A program made the position numbers and the translations under genes. DNA of 64,000 bases, from NCBI GenBank assembly GCA_040954595.2, contig CM082582.2, positions 5,130,303 to 5,194,302 on the forward strand. The letters are read 5' to 3'. The notes below the pieces were generated by a model, which saw only the letters and a list, made by a program, of their open reading frames with translations, was not told the DNA's origin and did not search any database. Each line of letters begins with the position of its first letter. Position 1 is the stretch's first letter. Shown here piece by piece: positions 13,701 to 28,700 of the stretch. Source of the stretch: Balanoglossus misakiensis (Eukaryota > Animalia > Hemichordata).

Positions 13701-16700
13701 TGGATTTCATTTGGGGATTCAGGTTGAAGATGCGGTGATGAGGGAGTCCTTAGAACAGACACAGAGGCGACTTCGGGAATTTGAAGAAAGGCAAAGATTA
13801 CATCGAGAAGAGTTGGAGCGACGAGCGGAAGCAGAGGCAGAAGTAAGTTATTCATTTCCGGAACGAAAAGGATAAACTGTTTGTTTTTCTTTTAAAAGAC
13901 ACAACACCACAACGGTTGTGAAATATTGTCAATATTTAGGTTTTTATACAGGTAAGGGATGGATTCCCTTGGTTTAGATGGTTGGGTGTCATTACAGCAT
14001 GGAGGCTGCATGATGTTGATCAAATTTGCATATCTAGGGTGCGGATAGGTCTCCAAGTTGGAGATGAGAAAGACACAGTGAATTATTGATGATTTTTTTT
14101 ACCAGGGTTTGTCAACCCAGTTATGTTGTCATTTTTCTTTTCTTTTCTCATACTGTGAAGGTTTTTTTGTTTTGTTGTTGATGTACAGTAAGTTTGTGAT
14201 TGACTTTTATTTTCAGAATCAGCTGTAATCTTTTTTTTTTAAGTTTTATTTTAATTTGAACAAAAGCATCAATTTTTTTAAAAAGCAGGGTGTGTCAGGG
14301 ACTTGGACGGACTGACTTTGATTTGAGATCCATTGTTTAGTTATTTTTAAGTTAAGTGGCGTTCAAATGCTGCTCGCAGAAGTGTTGGTATGTGATGAAA
14401 TGAAAGGCCGTAACTAATGAGTCGTACGGATACTGGGTGTCCTTCACAACTTCCTGTGCAACTTTCAAGTGTTCTGACCGGTGTTCAAAAAAAAAGTGGA
14501 CAAGACAATGCCTGTCATATAACTGGTCTGACTGTCTCCAGCTCATCCCTCAAAACCTGGACCCTGATACAACCATACATAACTACCAACCTGACTTAAC
14601 TACTTAACTTAATGTTTGGTAACAACAGAAAATCGATCAGACATTTTGAGATAGCTATACTGAGTAATGTTCAGTCGATCTTATTTATCATCAAATGCAG
14701 AGTTTTCTTATGATTTATGTAGGAGAATGGCTATTTTTATGTTAATTAACTGTATTCTAGTTTTGTAAGAAATCTTTTGTAAATATAAGAAGGTGAACAG
14801 ATGACGTGAGCTGTGTCATTTCTTGGTGGCATTTGAAGTACATACGTTTGCCCTAGATTTGTCGAGAGTTCAGAAAAAAACGTATGAATGATCCGTGAAT
14901 GTTGTAGTGCGTCTCGTTTGTTCTTGAACTCTGCCATTTTAGAAATGATAGTCTGCACGTTCAAATACCTGTTGACCCCTTTCTGTCTTCTAATCACAAA
15001 TGCACACACTCATGTCAAATTTTAAAATTGCCATTTTAAGTCAATTTTTATTGGTTTTCAAACAATTTCGTATCATTGATATATATTCCAGTTCAGACTG
15101 TATATCATAGTAGATTTGAAAAAAAAACAAAAACCAGATTTTAAAGACATATAGTGTCTGAATTTTTTGGAATGAACAAGTTATCCATTTGCATTGTTAA
15201 GTATAAATACATAATCTGTTTGTGGACAACTTCTTCATTGAAAAATATTGCATCTTTGTGAAAGCACACACACAAAGATCTCAAAATCTAAAATGTCTAA
15301 AAGACAAGATGTGCATTTTAATACTGAAAAACATTTGAAGTTTGAGTCTCAAATTCTGATTGCTATCCTCTTAGAACTTTCATTTGTGGCTGTGATGAAT
15401 ATAGGCACTGAAAATTCTAAGCTAACCTGCAATATACATGCAGAGTTCAGGGATGTTAATTATAATAAAAAAAACATGAGCATATGGTCCCTGCCATGTC
15501 ACGTGAGGGAAGCAGCAAGCTGGGAGCTTTTTCCCCCATGATTCAAATTTCAATAAGTTGATGAAGCCCTAAAATGCAATTTCCATCACATTTTTGTCTG
15601 TTTTTGTTTGTGAAAAATTATTCAAATTATACATGGTGACAATGATTTTGCACATTTGTCAAAAAATCAGTCCAACTGAACTTTTTCCCCTTGAACAGGA
15701 TAAAACCAACTAAACTTCATGTATAGATCAATTCTTTCAAGAAAATATCATATTAGACACTATTTCCACTTGAAAGAAATTCTGTCTTTTGTCATATGAT
15801 AGAGTTGAATAGTTTTAAGAAGCTGTATTTTAATACATAATAAATGTATGTAAGTCATGGCAAAAGAAAACAAGAAAGAGAAAATTTAAACTACTTTATA
15901 ATATATTATTCAAACAGGTGATTATTTTTAGATATCAAATTTTCTCTTAGGACTTTTGAAAAAAAATACAGGTAATATTTGGCTAAAGCATTCAACATTG
16001 ATGAAACTTGTCACTGTCTGCCAGGTATTGGCCACGCTCCAGTGCACCACATTAAATTTTACCAGCAGAACAAGATTTGTGTCCAAATGATGCTAGTCTC
16101 ATGGTTTGGCAAGCAGAAAATTGATGAAGTCGATCACAACACAAGAAAGACTGCAGTGATATACATGCATGGTTTCAACCTCACTTGACCTGTTTGAATT
16201 TTGTTTTGCTGATTCAGAAGAAAACTCATTTGATTAAAACTAACCCACTTTGCTGGAATGAATGTGGTGGTGCTGAGGACAGTGGCTACAAACAAACAGA
16301 TAATTAGCATACACAAATTGTTGCTTCAGCAGGTGTGACACTTTTACCAGAGAGGGGGGGGGGGGGTTCTTTTCTTGTGAAATGAGACCAGTAGTTATAG
16401 TTTTAGAGAATGATATTGGCCACAGGTGTACATGTATCTCTGTGGGGGGTCTAACATTACCTCCAAGAAACAAAATAGCAGTCACCTGCATTGTAGCATT
16501 TATACATTGTTATCTGTTGTTTGCCATACACTTTCCCCAACCCACACACACTTTCACTTCCTACAGAGGTTAAACAAAAAAAAACATTTATTGTTTAATT
16601 GCTTGATTGAAATGGAGTGATTTCTGTTTCTGAAGAGCACTGCAGCCTTGTTTTTCATTTTGTCCATTTTCAGAAAAACGTATAAATGTATATGATTTGA

Positions 16701-19700
16701 GTAACTATTTGGAAGTCTTCAAAACTTTTCACGTCATTTCTTTTACGTCAATTTTCACATGAGGTTAGAATCTTCAGCTTTGATGAGTCCAGTTGTGGAG
16801 AATATCAGTGGAGTTGTCAAGAAAAGAAAAATGTTTGGAAGGAAATTCGGATGAGGCAGGTCATTGACACTGAACCTTAACCCACTGAAAATGTGTGGTG
16901 ATGCACATACATCGTTTTGAACCGTGGTAGTTTGAAAGTGATATATGTCCTTTACAACAGAACTGGAACCCACACCCTAATGTCAACCAGCAAAGATAGT
17001 AGTCAGCACTTGTGAATTCAGGCTGGGCCACTTGGCCGTCCCTAAGATATCCCAAGATGCATCACTCGGGAATTAGAACTACAACCTTATTAGTTCGATT
17101 GTCCTCAAATCATCACTTGACTCCAGACTCAGTGAATCTTACAACTCTTCAATTGGTTGGGAGATCGACTCTGAGAGGGTTGAGCAGTCTAAACTTAGGA
17201 CAAAAAATTTCTTGAAGTTTGGCGGGGCATTCCATTTTGATCAAATTACTCGGAGAAGGATTTCGTTACAAGAACGTGTGCGTGGGTGTCCTTTCATTGA
17301 CTCTTCTTTGTTTTTCCTATTCACATGATGAATATCTAAGTTCAATGAACCTCCGATGTCTTTGTCTTTACAACTGAAAAACTTAGCGGCAGTATGCTAG
17401 ATTATGTCCCACAGTATTGTTTGCACAGATAATGATTGTTTCAGAGCAAAGTTTCGCTAGAAAAATCCACCTTAAACCGTTATTTATATTTATTCCGCCA
17501 GGGAGTGTTTGCAGCACAAATTTGATTGAGCTATGAGTGGCAGCCGTCCAAAATCCTAAGTTCCAAATGAATGGTTAATTTTCCTATTAAAAACAAACAA
17601 ACTGCAAATTAAAGTTATGGATGTTTTTTGTATCTCCGTTTAATTTAGAAATATTCGCTTATAAATAGAATTGGCAAATTTCTCCGCCACCCACCCACCC
17701 ACAAATGATGGTGGCTAGATTCTCTCCTTTGCTGCTGTTCCACCCACAAGCCAAATTATTTTAAGATTCCTCAGCAAAGCTTCAGTCCTCCGATAAAGGT
17801 TAACTTGCCGATTCTTCACTTCAGAGGCATCAATGAACCAATGAGCGAAATTCTGCAATGATGACAGAAAAATCGGCAATGAGATATTGACGCAAAAAAA
17901 TTCCATGACAAGTCTATATATAACAGTGGCACCTGTGATGTTGGACGTCCAGCAATTTGGTGAATCACCATTTGCGAGTTGGTATTTTTGTAACAAATAG
18001 CTCATTTTCGAATCATCAGTTGTCGTGGTTATTTTTATCTATTACTGACTCTTTTTCGAATTTGAATGGTGTTGATTACTTTGATGACCTCGGCCAAGAC
18101 GTCTCCCTAAAAAAACCACCCAAGAGCTCACCACAGGTTTTTATTAGTCACAAACAAAAAAAACCCAAACAGAAAAACAATGCTTATAATGCCCTTTCAC
18201 TGGGAATTAGCAAACAATGCATATTTTTGTGGGTGGGGTGTGACCTGCATACCGAAATAGCCGATGGTTCTCCCAGAGGAACTTTGTGATGTGAGGAATG
18301 TTCGTATCTCAAAGTGGACTGAGATAAGCCATGGACATCTGTCTCTCTCATTCTGCTTTCCTGTCCAATGTCTTTTCCGACACCCTTCTGCGCAACAATG
18401 GTACATACTTAGATGCATGACCAAATAAGAATTGATTTCACATCGGGTATTTGCTACTGAGATGTTAACTGTCTAATTTAGAGGGTGTTGCTACTTAACT
18501 TAACCCCCACCCAAAAAACCTATAAGGCAATCTCATTTTAGAGATTCATGACTTCAAACAACAGGTGTCAATAATCAGTGTCTTGTAGATAGCTGATCTT
18601 TCACCTGAAGTTTCCTAATTTAGTTGTTTTAGTAACGAAAATGAAATAATCGGACAAACTTTTAACATATCATCTTTGTGAGGTATTCATAAAGGGAAGT
18701 TGATTGAAACTATTTTGTGGAGTGGGTGGTCACAATTTTTACCAAAAATGTTCTTTCTGCACTTTTTTCAAAGAGTTCACTTACAAATGATTGTCAAAAT
18801 GTTTTTAAACAGAAGTCATTACAATTGTATCTATTTCGCTGAAAGTGTGAATAACTTCACGTAAAGGACTTAAATGTTAGAAAGCATTGAAGAGTGTGTG
18901 ACATAGGATAGACGGAGTGCTTTATTGGCCATTCAGCTATTTATCATCGGCGATCAAGATCTCATAAAACTTTACGAAGTGACCAACTCACATTTTTTCC
19001 AAGTGAAAGCACTTGTAGTGAAACTGTATCATGATTACATTTTCTTGGAATCTTCTTTCACTTTGTAGCCATGTCAGTTTCAGTGTCTCCTTGTGACACC
19101 CAGGAATTTCACATGAATTTACTGAGTTTTGGATTCAAAATGTTGGCATTTAGTTGTAATTTTCTGATCAACAGCAAGTTTTATGTCGCAGTGATAGCAA
19201 GTAGTTTTCTTCTCAAATACAATCAGACACATATACAATACATGTATGTGATATCAGGATATAGATTTCTGTTAGTGATCAAAAGTATATAAATATTTAT
19301 ATGTAGAATTTTTGATCATATGTTGACAAATAATTAAATAGGGATTTCTTTTGAATATTGATGACAAGTTCTCGCAAACTTGTGATCTAAATTTTTAAAA
19401 TAAAATTAACTAAATTTGAAGAAGATGTTTCAGGCAATAACTGACCCACATATTTGGGAGACTTGAGATTAAAAATTAATTGTGATATAATTAATTAATT
19501 ACAGATCATGAAATATAATATCAGTGAATGAGACATTGCATGAGATGAGAATTCACTTGATCGTTACAAAATTGTAGTTCAAAACATTTTCTTTGAAATT
19601 CTAATCGAATATATAAAATACCATCAGCCAAGGTGTTGAAACAAATTACACTATTGTGAATATGTGACACGTTTCAGTTTTTCCGTATGCTCAGATGGTC

Positions 19701-22700
19701 GGAATCGTCAAGTCAATCACCCAGCAACAGCTGTTTTTATTAACATAAATAGTTTTATGATTGAAATACCTGTACAACTGAAAACACAAGACAAAAATAA
19801 CAAAATGAAAGATGGGGTTCAGACAACTCAACCATATTTATGCGCTGTTCTTATTATCTAGGCCAAGCTTTGGTGCCTGTGAGTATTTGACAGTGACGCA
19901 AGCAACAACTCAAAAATGGCAAAGCAGTGATCCGAAAAACCAGTAACCAGTATGTGCCAAAGACAAGAAAAATCACAGCTTTTGAAAATCTTAAGCTTCT
20001 TAAAGACTACTTTCTATTTAGTTTGTAACAAACTGGATAACTTATACATGGATTTGAATATTAATCTCCATTTAATATTTTGTTTTATACTCCCTGTCTT
20101 TCTGTTTGTATAATAAATTAATTTTTCAAAAAAAATTATTCACTGATGTGCTGAACCAAAGTTTTCTATTCTGCATGACACAAACGCAATGTGCTTTGTA
20201 AAAGAAAAACAAAAAATATCTATGAAAATAATATTTCAAGATTTAGTGCAGTGAATTGGGAAATCATGAACATCACACTTTAACAAAATATTTTTTGGAA
20301 ACAAGTTGAGTCAGTCATCAAGAAACTGGCACAGTAGCTGTTACTTCTGTACAAAGCAACATTGCTCATGAAAGAGAAAAGACTGACGTTGAAAATGCCT
20401 AGTCGGGGAATCCTGCATGGCTGTGTATAAGCTCGATTTAAATTCCCCGCTCTGAACACTCAACTTTTTTTTTGCTCTACTTCACGCATTCAAGGAATAA
20501 ATCAGTCAAGTGGCCTTGACATTGACTTTGATCGACACCCCCTGACCAAATTAGATCCCTGTAATAGGACGGAGAAAGAAAGAAAGAAAGAGAGAGAGAC
20601 AAGATGAATGAACTTCCTGTTGTACCAGAAATTCAGCCCACTCATTCAACTAACAAGTTAGATAATGGTTTGCCTCTTGGATGTGGGCATGGGCACCATT
20701 GTAACGCATTTCCGCTTGTGCTCAACTTTACATATTTAACAATTGAACCACTGTGATTACTATCTCGTAAGGGACCATCTCACCTACATCTAAAAGTAAC
20801 ACAGACTCTTAAATCAGTTCCAGTTTTTAATGGTTATTAAAAATCTATAAATGACGTTTTATCGGTGGGATTAAAATTTAAAGACTTTTAGCGGGTGATT
20901 ATTAATTTTGGTGGTTGTATGTTTATTGAGCAACTCTCCTTTCCAATGTAAACATGGTAGATGTTTTACTTCTTTCAAGGCTGAAAATTTCAGTGTCCTA
21001 ACAGTATTCTACCCATTTTTTCATCTTAAACAGATCTCTGGTCTACCCAGCTCTGTTAATTGCTATGATCCATATGGCAAAGTTCAATATCAAAGAGTTG
21101 GAATATCATTGTGTTAGACAATTTGAGTGTATATACTAGTACAAGGAAAACAAAAATGTTTCGAGAAATGTCCCACGACTGAACTTTTAAAACCAAGGTA
21201 TAAAGCCAAAATAACCGAAATAGAAATTCAGACGAAGAAAAATCAGGTACAAGGCATTATATCCAGTAAGAGAAAAAATCTAACCATAACTGATTTTTTG
21301 AAATTGACTGAGAAATGCAAGCAGAAGAGAAAGATGAGGCCATTGTCAGAAATGAGTATTTATCAGGATATCATTTTAGAAAGCAAATCGCTCCCCTACA
21401 GTCCTGTCAGAACATTGAAATATACCTCCAATTTTTCATGAAATGAAGAAAGAGGCAGTGTTTTCATTCATTACTCTAAAATGTTGTGGAGATTTTGGAG
21501 AAGAAACCTAGATGTTAAACAACAGGATTAAACCACTGTAGTTATCAGATTGTGTGTTCTCTAGACTCTACCTACTGAGGGTACAGCATGCCAGATTGTT
21601 GATTTCCCTGATAAGATTTCTGTTGATAATCACAGGGTATTTATGATTTTTAGTAGCGCATTTCACTGAAATTCTCACAATGAGATGAAACGATGTGATA
21701 TGATCTTTCATTTAAAATGTAATGAGAGAGGGACTGAGTCTCAGTGGCTAGGAGCGCGTGAGATGTATTTCTATGCCAGGGTTTCATAAACGATCGACTT
21801 TGATACAGCTGTCAATGTGGTTGATTTATCAGCATAGGGCTCCGGTTATTGCTTAATACAGGGAAGTTCTTTAATTTTTAACATGTGTCTTTCGCGGTGG
21901 AATTCTGAGGTTCTCGGCGAATGAATGCAGGCATTGTATAAGTGGCATAGCTAGAATTTCTGTCTTTGTCCAAGTTTTGTTTTCTGCTGCAAAGGCCAGA
22001 GGAGGGACAAGATAAGTTGGTGTTAGTGTTTTTGTCTTTTGATGAACCACCTGTTTATTTCTCACTTCATCATTTTCCCCAAAATGTTTTCTTCTCTGGT
22101 TGGGGTTAATCTGTCTTGAGGTTCTTGGAAGAATCTCATTTTGATGGCATCTTTTGTCTTCTTCTTGTCAGATAATTGATGAGGTCTCTATACTCAACGC
22201 ATCATGTTGGCATTTTCAGTGACCAGAGTTTGTTTGAAATTTATTATGGCTAAAAGTGGCTGCCAGTTGGGCTTTGATCACTTTTTTAGTTGCAAAACAA
22301 GAGAGAGAATTTTGGCAAGTTGTCTGACCAGGGAAATTAGAATTTATCACAAATAGTGTAGTCAGCGTGACCATGTGGCTATAGGCTATTTATTGAGCGG
22401 CACTTTGTATCTTCAGTAATGGGTGTCCTAAGTGTGAGGTCAAACAGAGTCAAGTTTAATCCCCACTGAGTCAAGTTCATTGACCTACTTATGTAGTATA
22501 AACAATGGAGTGGGTTAATATCTATGGAATGCCTCTAAGCTGCATGGGTAACTGGCCACTGGACAATCAGACTTCTGTTTCAAGGGGTCAATGACCTGAG
22601 CTGAAAACTTAAAGGGACTGAGAGTAGCTATTAAACTGCAGTAGCAATTCCTTTATCTGGCTACTTGACTGCAAGACATTTCCGGCAAATCATGGCCTAT

Positions 22701-25700
22701 CCTGGCTTGCCTGAATCTTAATTGGTATCTCATTGCAGTAATTATCAGGTCTTTGTTTTATGTGAAAAGTTGAAGTTGGAAAGTGTTAGTTATAATGAAA
22801 TAGTGGGTTAGAAATGGCTTCATTTGGTTGTGACATCAAAATTTCTGATGTATGGAGAACCAACACGTGGCTCTGAAATACTTTGGTGAAGTGTGTGCTG
22901 AATTCGTAAAAGAGTGGGTGTATAACTATATAGCTATTGTTTGTGGCATTGTTACCAGGAAAAGAACTAAAACAAGATCAGGTTTAGTTCAATCGAACTA
23001 TTTTCATGGTCCACACCATTCCAAAATGTATCATTTATTTGTTTTACTTAATATAATATACTTCAGAGTCCCATCAAGCTAAATGGTAAAATAAAACTTA
23101 AATAAATCTGGGCAATTGGAATCATGCCAACACAGAATGGCATCCTGGTTTTTGCATGAAAGTACTAGTAGATGCCTATTGCAATCAATTTTATTTTTTG
23201 CAGTTGAAAACTGAAACTTTTTATTGTAGACCAATGTCACCTTGAGGCTCATATTTCATGACCTTGTCTGTGTGTGGAACTTTTTATTGGGAAACAAAAT
23301 GAAAACAGAGTGTACGTCAGCTGTGGATAAGCCCCCTTTACAAAAGAACTGTCTACATCGCTCGTGACCTTTGGGAATACTGGATACAAGACCTTGCAAT
23401 CGCGACTGATGAATTTTTTTGAGTTCAATGAATAGAACACAGTCACGTTTGTTGATTTTGCAGCGTTGATGTGGATTATGAAGTGAATCTTTTCAGATTG
23501 ATCCTGTCTGATATTAATCCTGGTTGAGCTGCGTGTGACAGCGCTTATACCAGCATGTGCGACAGAGCGTACAAGGGGGCAAAGACCCGATTACAATCAC
23601 TTAATTTCTGCAAAGCTCGATCAACACTACCCCATCAAAAAAGGTGTCGGCATTCCAATAAAACGACCATTATCATGTTTGTGTAGAAAAAGATTGACAC
23701 CAGTGTAATTAACAACAATCCATGGTCTATGTACTCCATTGCACTGTTAATCATGTGTTTAGGAAACCAAAAGGATTTTAATGATACGCTGTATGTGTTT
23801 CCTGTCAAGTGTATCTTTTCAGAGTGTGTTTATTTGTGATGTGAAATTCTCCGGGTTCATCAGTCTTGCCATCAGACTACTTCCTTCCTTCCCTCTGTCT
23901 GACACTGTCTATTGAACTTCACATCACATGAAAAAAAACACACAGAAAATTGATAGTCGAAACACAATACTGATGATGTGGAATATAACGGTTAATGTAT
24001 AGGAAAGAGTCAAAATCTCAGGATTTTTTTGTTTCCTGTGAACGGTTTTTGTTTCCTGTAAAAGTTTATCTCCTCGTTTTGGCAGATTTGGTATCTTTAT
24101 ACTAGCTGTATATAACAAGACCAAGATATTTCTAACGACAGTTACAACCCCAGCCCGGTGACCGGGTCTTCTTAACTTTTGGCAAGCTGTTTGCAGTATA
24201 GGTCACGTACTGTTGTGCAACGGCTGACATTTGCCACGCTTGTCGCCATAGAAACAGCATTGAGGCATGATGTTGCAATTCATCTGTGTTGAGTTAGAAC
24301 GGGAGGAGGCGGTCACGTCAACCCTCTTGTGTTTGCACTTCCTGAGCTTGTGTTTTGAGCAAGATCCACATTTCTGTGACCACGGGAAGGCACCACATCT
24401 CTCGTAAATAGAAAATAAACACAAAGGTTGGAATATTTCAGATATAGATTGCACAGGGGTTTAATTGTCCTGAGCACTCCATACGATCCCTGGTCAAGAT
24501 TTCAAGCCAAACGTTCACGGATGTACGTGGCTATTCTAAATTGCAGAGAAGTTGATCTGATGGGATGATCATGATAGAACATGCGTACCAATTCAACTTG
24601 CATCTGAAGTTGAAGAGAGATTGCACAAATGTATTATAAAAACAATTTGATTTTTTTTAATCATTAGGGATGTTTATGACAATCTCATTGTCGTCCATCT
24701 TTTTGAAAGATGCAGATTCTGTAATTTCTCTGACATTGCGCATTTCAACAAAGACAAAATGAGAATGGGTTAAGATATCATTGGAATAAGGTACATTGCA
24801 CATTAAATATTGTTTTGAAATATCAGATATAATTGAAATTTAAAAAAAAATCAGGATAGAAATGGCCTGAACGTCAACTGTATTAACCGTAAGAACAACT
24901 ATGGCTATTGGACATTGCTGTCGTGCATGCAATATTGTCCAAGACCAGTGGATCAGACGTCCGTACAATAGAAAGACTTGAAGCAACCAGTGGTGAATTG
25001 TTACCAGAGTAAACTTAGACATGTGAAGTGGCAACAGATGGATTTGAAAGAGGCACTGGACGGTCGGCCGGCGTCCATGAAAGGAGGCAGAGTGGCACCC
25101 CTAGAGTTGGGCCCGGACGGTCTTCTCATCCATGAATACAAAAGGAAGGTTACCTAGCAACAGTTGTCACCGCTCCATTGCTATTTAAAACAGCATCAGT
25201 AATTTCTTGATGAAAAAAAATGTTGTTCGCTGACTCAGTGTATCAGCTGTAGTTTTGTTGAAACCTAGTCTGGGGCTCGCCCAGGTCTGCATCTGCATTA
25301 ATTATTGTATTTACACCATTTTGGCTCAACATGTGTCAAAATTAACCAGGCCATCAGATGGACTGAGGACATGGTTAATTACACCAACCTGAGCAATGTC
25401 TGGTGATTGTAATGGGTTAATAGAGACCAACTCAACACAGCTCTTCTCGTACTCTTGTGAAAACACACATCTGTTACATGTCAATCACTGCGATATTCGA
25501 AATGTGTCAAAATTCACAAGGTGAACGAAAGTACATTGTACTTGCTAATTTTGCTTGGTTACATGCAAGACTGTACCAACTGCCTTTCTTCATTTTTTTC
25601 GTGACTTGAGTTTCAGACTTAGGTTATATGGGGTAAATGTGGATGTCACGTTCTTATAGTTTATAGGGCGTATTGTAGAAAATACCAGTATTTTGTTTGT

Positions 25701-28700
25701 GTTAGGTGCTTTTCTTCTTTATTGACAGAGCTTGAAAAATTGTGTTTGATAAAAGTGCTGAAAATTACAATGGGACATACTTAATCCATTTTCATTCCTG
25801 TTGTGAGCAGTTTCTTTATAAACAAAATGCATGTTTTTGTCGTGTGATATGTATAGAAACACTTATAACAATTTTAGATAATTCTGCCAATAGTGAGCCA
25901 AATTACATTATAGTTTAGGAAATATACCAAGTACTATGCTGATTTGCATAACAAATGAGCAATAACAGTGACACATGGCTATGTCAGCATTTTATAAAAG
26001 GTATTTTTTTGAGAGTTGATTGTCCTTTTTGCCATGACTCATTGCAATGGAGACACCCAACTTTATTCTGTAGAAATAATCTTCACCCTTAGTTCATTAT
26101 TTATTTACTTTAATTTATTTATTCATTGTCAAAGATGGAGTGTTGTCCAATGGCACTTCAATGTATTGTGTCAAAATTAATGGAATCTCATAGAAATGTT
26201 GGTTTATGTCCTCATAAGTACTCAATAACGATTTGCTATTTGTGATATTTTTCTCAAAAAATGAAACTATTTATGGTCACTTGCACAGTAGACATTATTC
26301 AATCAAATCATTCAATATTCAAATCACATATTATTTTGTTTCTGTCTCTTCATATGTATTTGTTTATTGTTATTTTGCTTTTGTTTTTTATTATTTTTTC
26401 TTCCCTTTTTATTTGCTAGGAAAATGACATGCAGCTTGTGTTGGAGGCTTGCGTGAACCAACTAGGTGAACTTAGGTCACAAACAGACCACTTGGTTAGT
26501 TTCGGTTTTTAATTTTTTTTTTAATTTTTTCTTGACACATTTACTTTGTTTTATATATCAATTTTTACTTCATCTGTTACCAGGTTTGTTTTGTTTATTA
26601 TTTACTTTCCCTATTATTTACTTGCTTTTTCCCCATAATCTATTCAGTTTTTCATCTAGCAACAGAATAACTGGTTCTTACCAATGTCAACAGGAGGCAT
26701 CACACAGTACTCCTGTACGGCAAAAAACAACAAATGTGTTGTTTTTTAGTTTTCATCTTTTTTATTTTACATGTATATAATCTGTACGTGTGTGTTGGAA
26801 TTTTGTACTTACATTCGTTTTAAGTTTTTCATACTTTATAGCACTAACAAAAATGTGAGAGAGATATATATATACATGTACTGCTGTTAAGGTGAAAGAT
26901 TTATAATAGTAAATATCACTTCTGCGCCACATTTGCATATTATGTAACCTTTGAGCAGGAAATTTAAAGCTTTGCATTAATATAGAAATAATTACTAAAT
27001 GCTCTAACGTCATAGAAATAATGATATATGCAGCAAATTAACATTTTATAAATAAATTTAGATGGGTATATATTCTGTGATAAAAACATGCAAGGTGTAA
27101 CGCGGTTTCATGAGAATTGCTTGGTTGGGTGAACATATCCCAACATCTCGCCAAGATGTGCAGCTTGCGCAGAGTTGTGCCGAAATGTTAGAAAGCGAGT
27201 CACCTGTTACTGTAACCCCACGTACTGGGCCGAATTCAAACAGAGCAAATAGAGTTCAAGGATTCGCGCGGAAGGACAATCCTTGAGCAGAGCAGAGTAA
27301 ATGAGAACTTTTTATGGCCCACTCGATAATTTATGAGCAGGCCGTACAAGAGGTCTTCATTCGCTGTTTCGCAAGTGTTGGCGCGGTTACCAGGCCGCAC
27401 TGGTCCAGTCGTGCAAGAGTTGCGTATAAACAAACATTTTGAGATTTTTTAGCAGACTGTAGGGTGTGATTTTTTGCACAAGTTTTACCTTGGATTGAGG
27501 TCAGACTGGGATATCAGCCTGTGGAGGCTGACATTTATTATATGTAATTCTGCAGTGATATGCAGGGGAGGGGACCGTAACCTGCAGGGGCTGTGAAGGA
27601 ATGTGAGACCGATCCCCCTTTATATTCGGTGACACATTTATCATTAATAAGTAAAAAATCCCATTTCTAGAGATCAATTTGGCATTGCCAAAGTTCATTG
27701 TGTTAATTGTTTGTGACATGCATGTGTATTAAAGAGTGATAATGATTGTAACCTCTGAAATCTTATGCCATAGATAAATGTAATTGTAATTACTTTGTGG
27801 GTTCACAAAGTTTGTAAACTTTCGAAACTATTATAAATTCCATGTTTTACGATCTCATCATTCGTTGGTCACACAAAGGCACTGCGTACTTTTTTTTTGG
27901 CATTCACGTCTCTAATCCTATTAAGATGCTAACACTTCTGATGAGTTTAAATAGCACTCTACAAGGCCATGTGAAATAACTAAGTATATAATGGCGGCGG
28001 CGATTGGTGCTGTCAGAATCGTTTGCGGTCTGTCCTTCACTGTCCACTGCGCCGTAAATCACGGCGCTTGGAGTGTGAAGCTGTGAAGGACAAAGTTTGC
28101 CCGATCTCCCACTGTAGCCGTATTTTGGTCGTGTTCCAACACGCATTACGCGGAACAGAGAGAGAGAGCAGTCGGGGTCACGCGGGGACAAGGCAACATT
28201 CTTCGTTATGAAATCATATTCATATACAGGAAGTCCTAATTGAGTTTCTTCAACAGTGATACCATCCGCACGGGTCAAAGCCCGCTGGACATATATTACA
28301 ATCTCCGCGATACGGGATGGGACCTTAGTCAGCGACTTTTAAGCGAAAAATATTTTCAGGAAATGCCGGTTTCTCTCGTTTTGGCACAGAAAACACCCCC
28401 TGCCAAGTTGCCTGTCGACCGCTATCTAAACTGTAACCCAATCAGACGTGAATTATACTGGGACGTAAAAAAAGTAGGGCTTCTGAGGCCACTGTTGTAG
28501 TTGCCAAGAAGTGAATGACCACTGCGGACATTGACTGCTTTGTGAAAACCACAGCTGAGCGATGCATGCACAGTAAACACATGTACGACAGAGAGCGACA
28601 GAGCATCAGAGACAAATCATCGGGTCTTGTGAGCGCTGTTAAACTCTGTTTATTTAGAAATCATAGAAGGTCACCGAAGAGATGCTTTCATCGCTCAATG

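Noticed and set aside
21735-21800. tRNA/SINE-like A box ctcagtggctaggagcgc
   Set aside because: No convincing B box or cloverleaf
21871-22190. Purine-rich minus-strand frames resembling a nested coding exon
   Set aside because: Interrupted by stops, no partner exons, no recognisable protein
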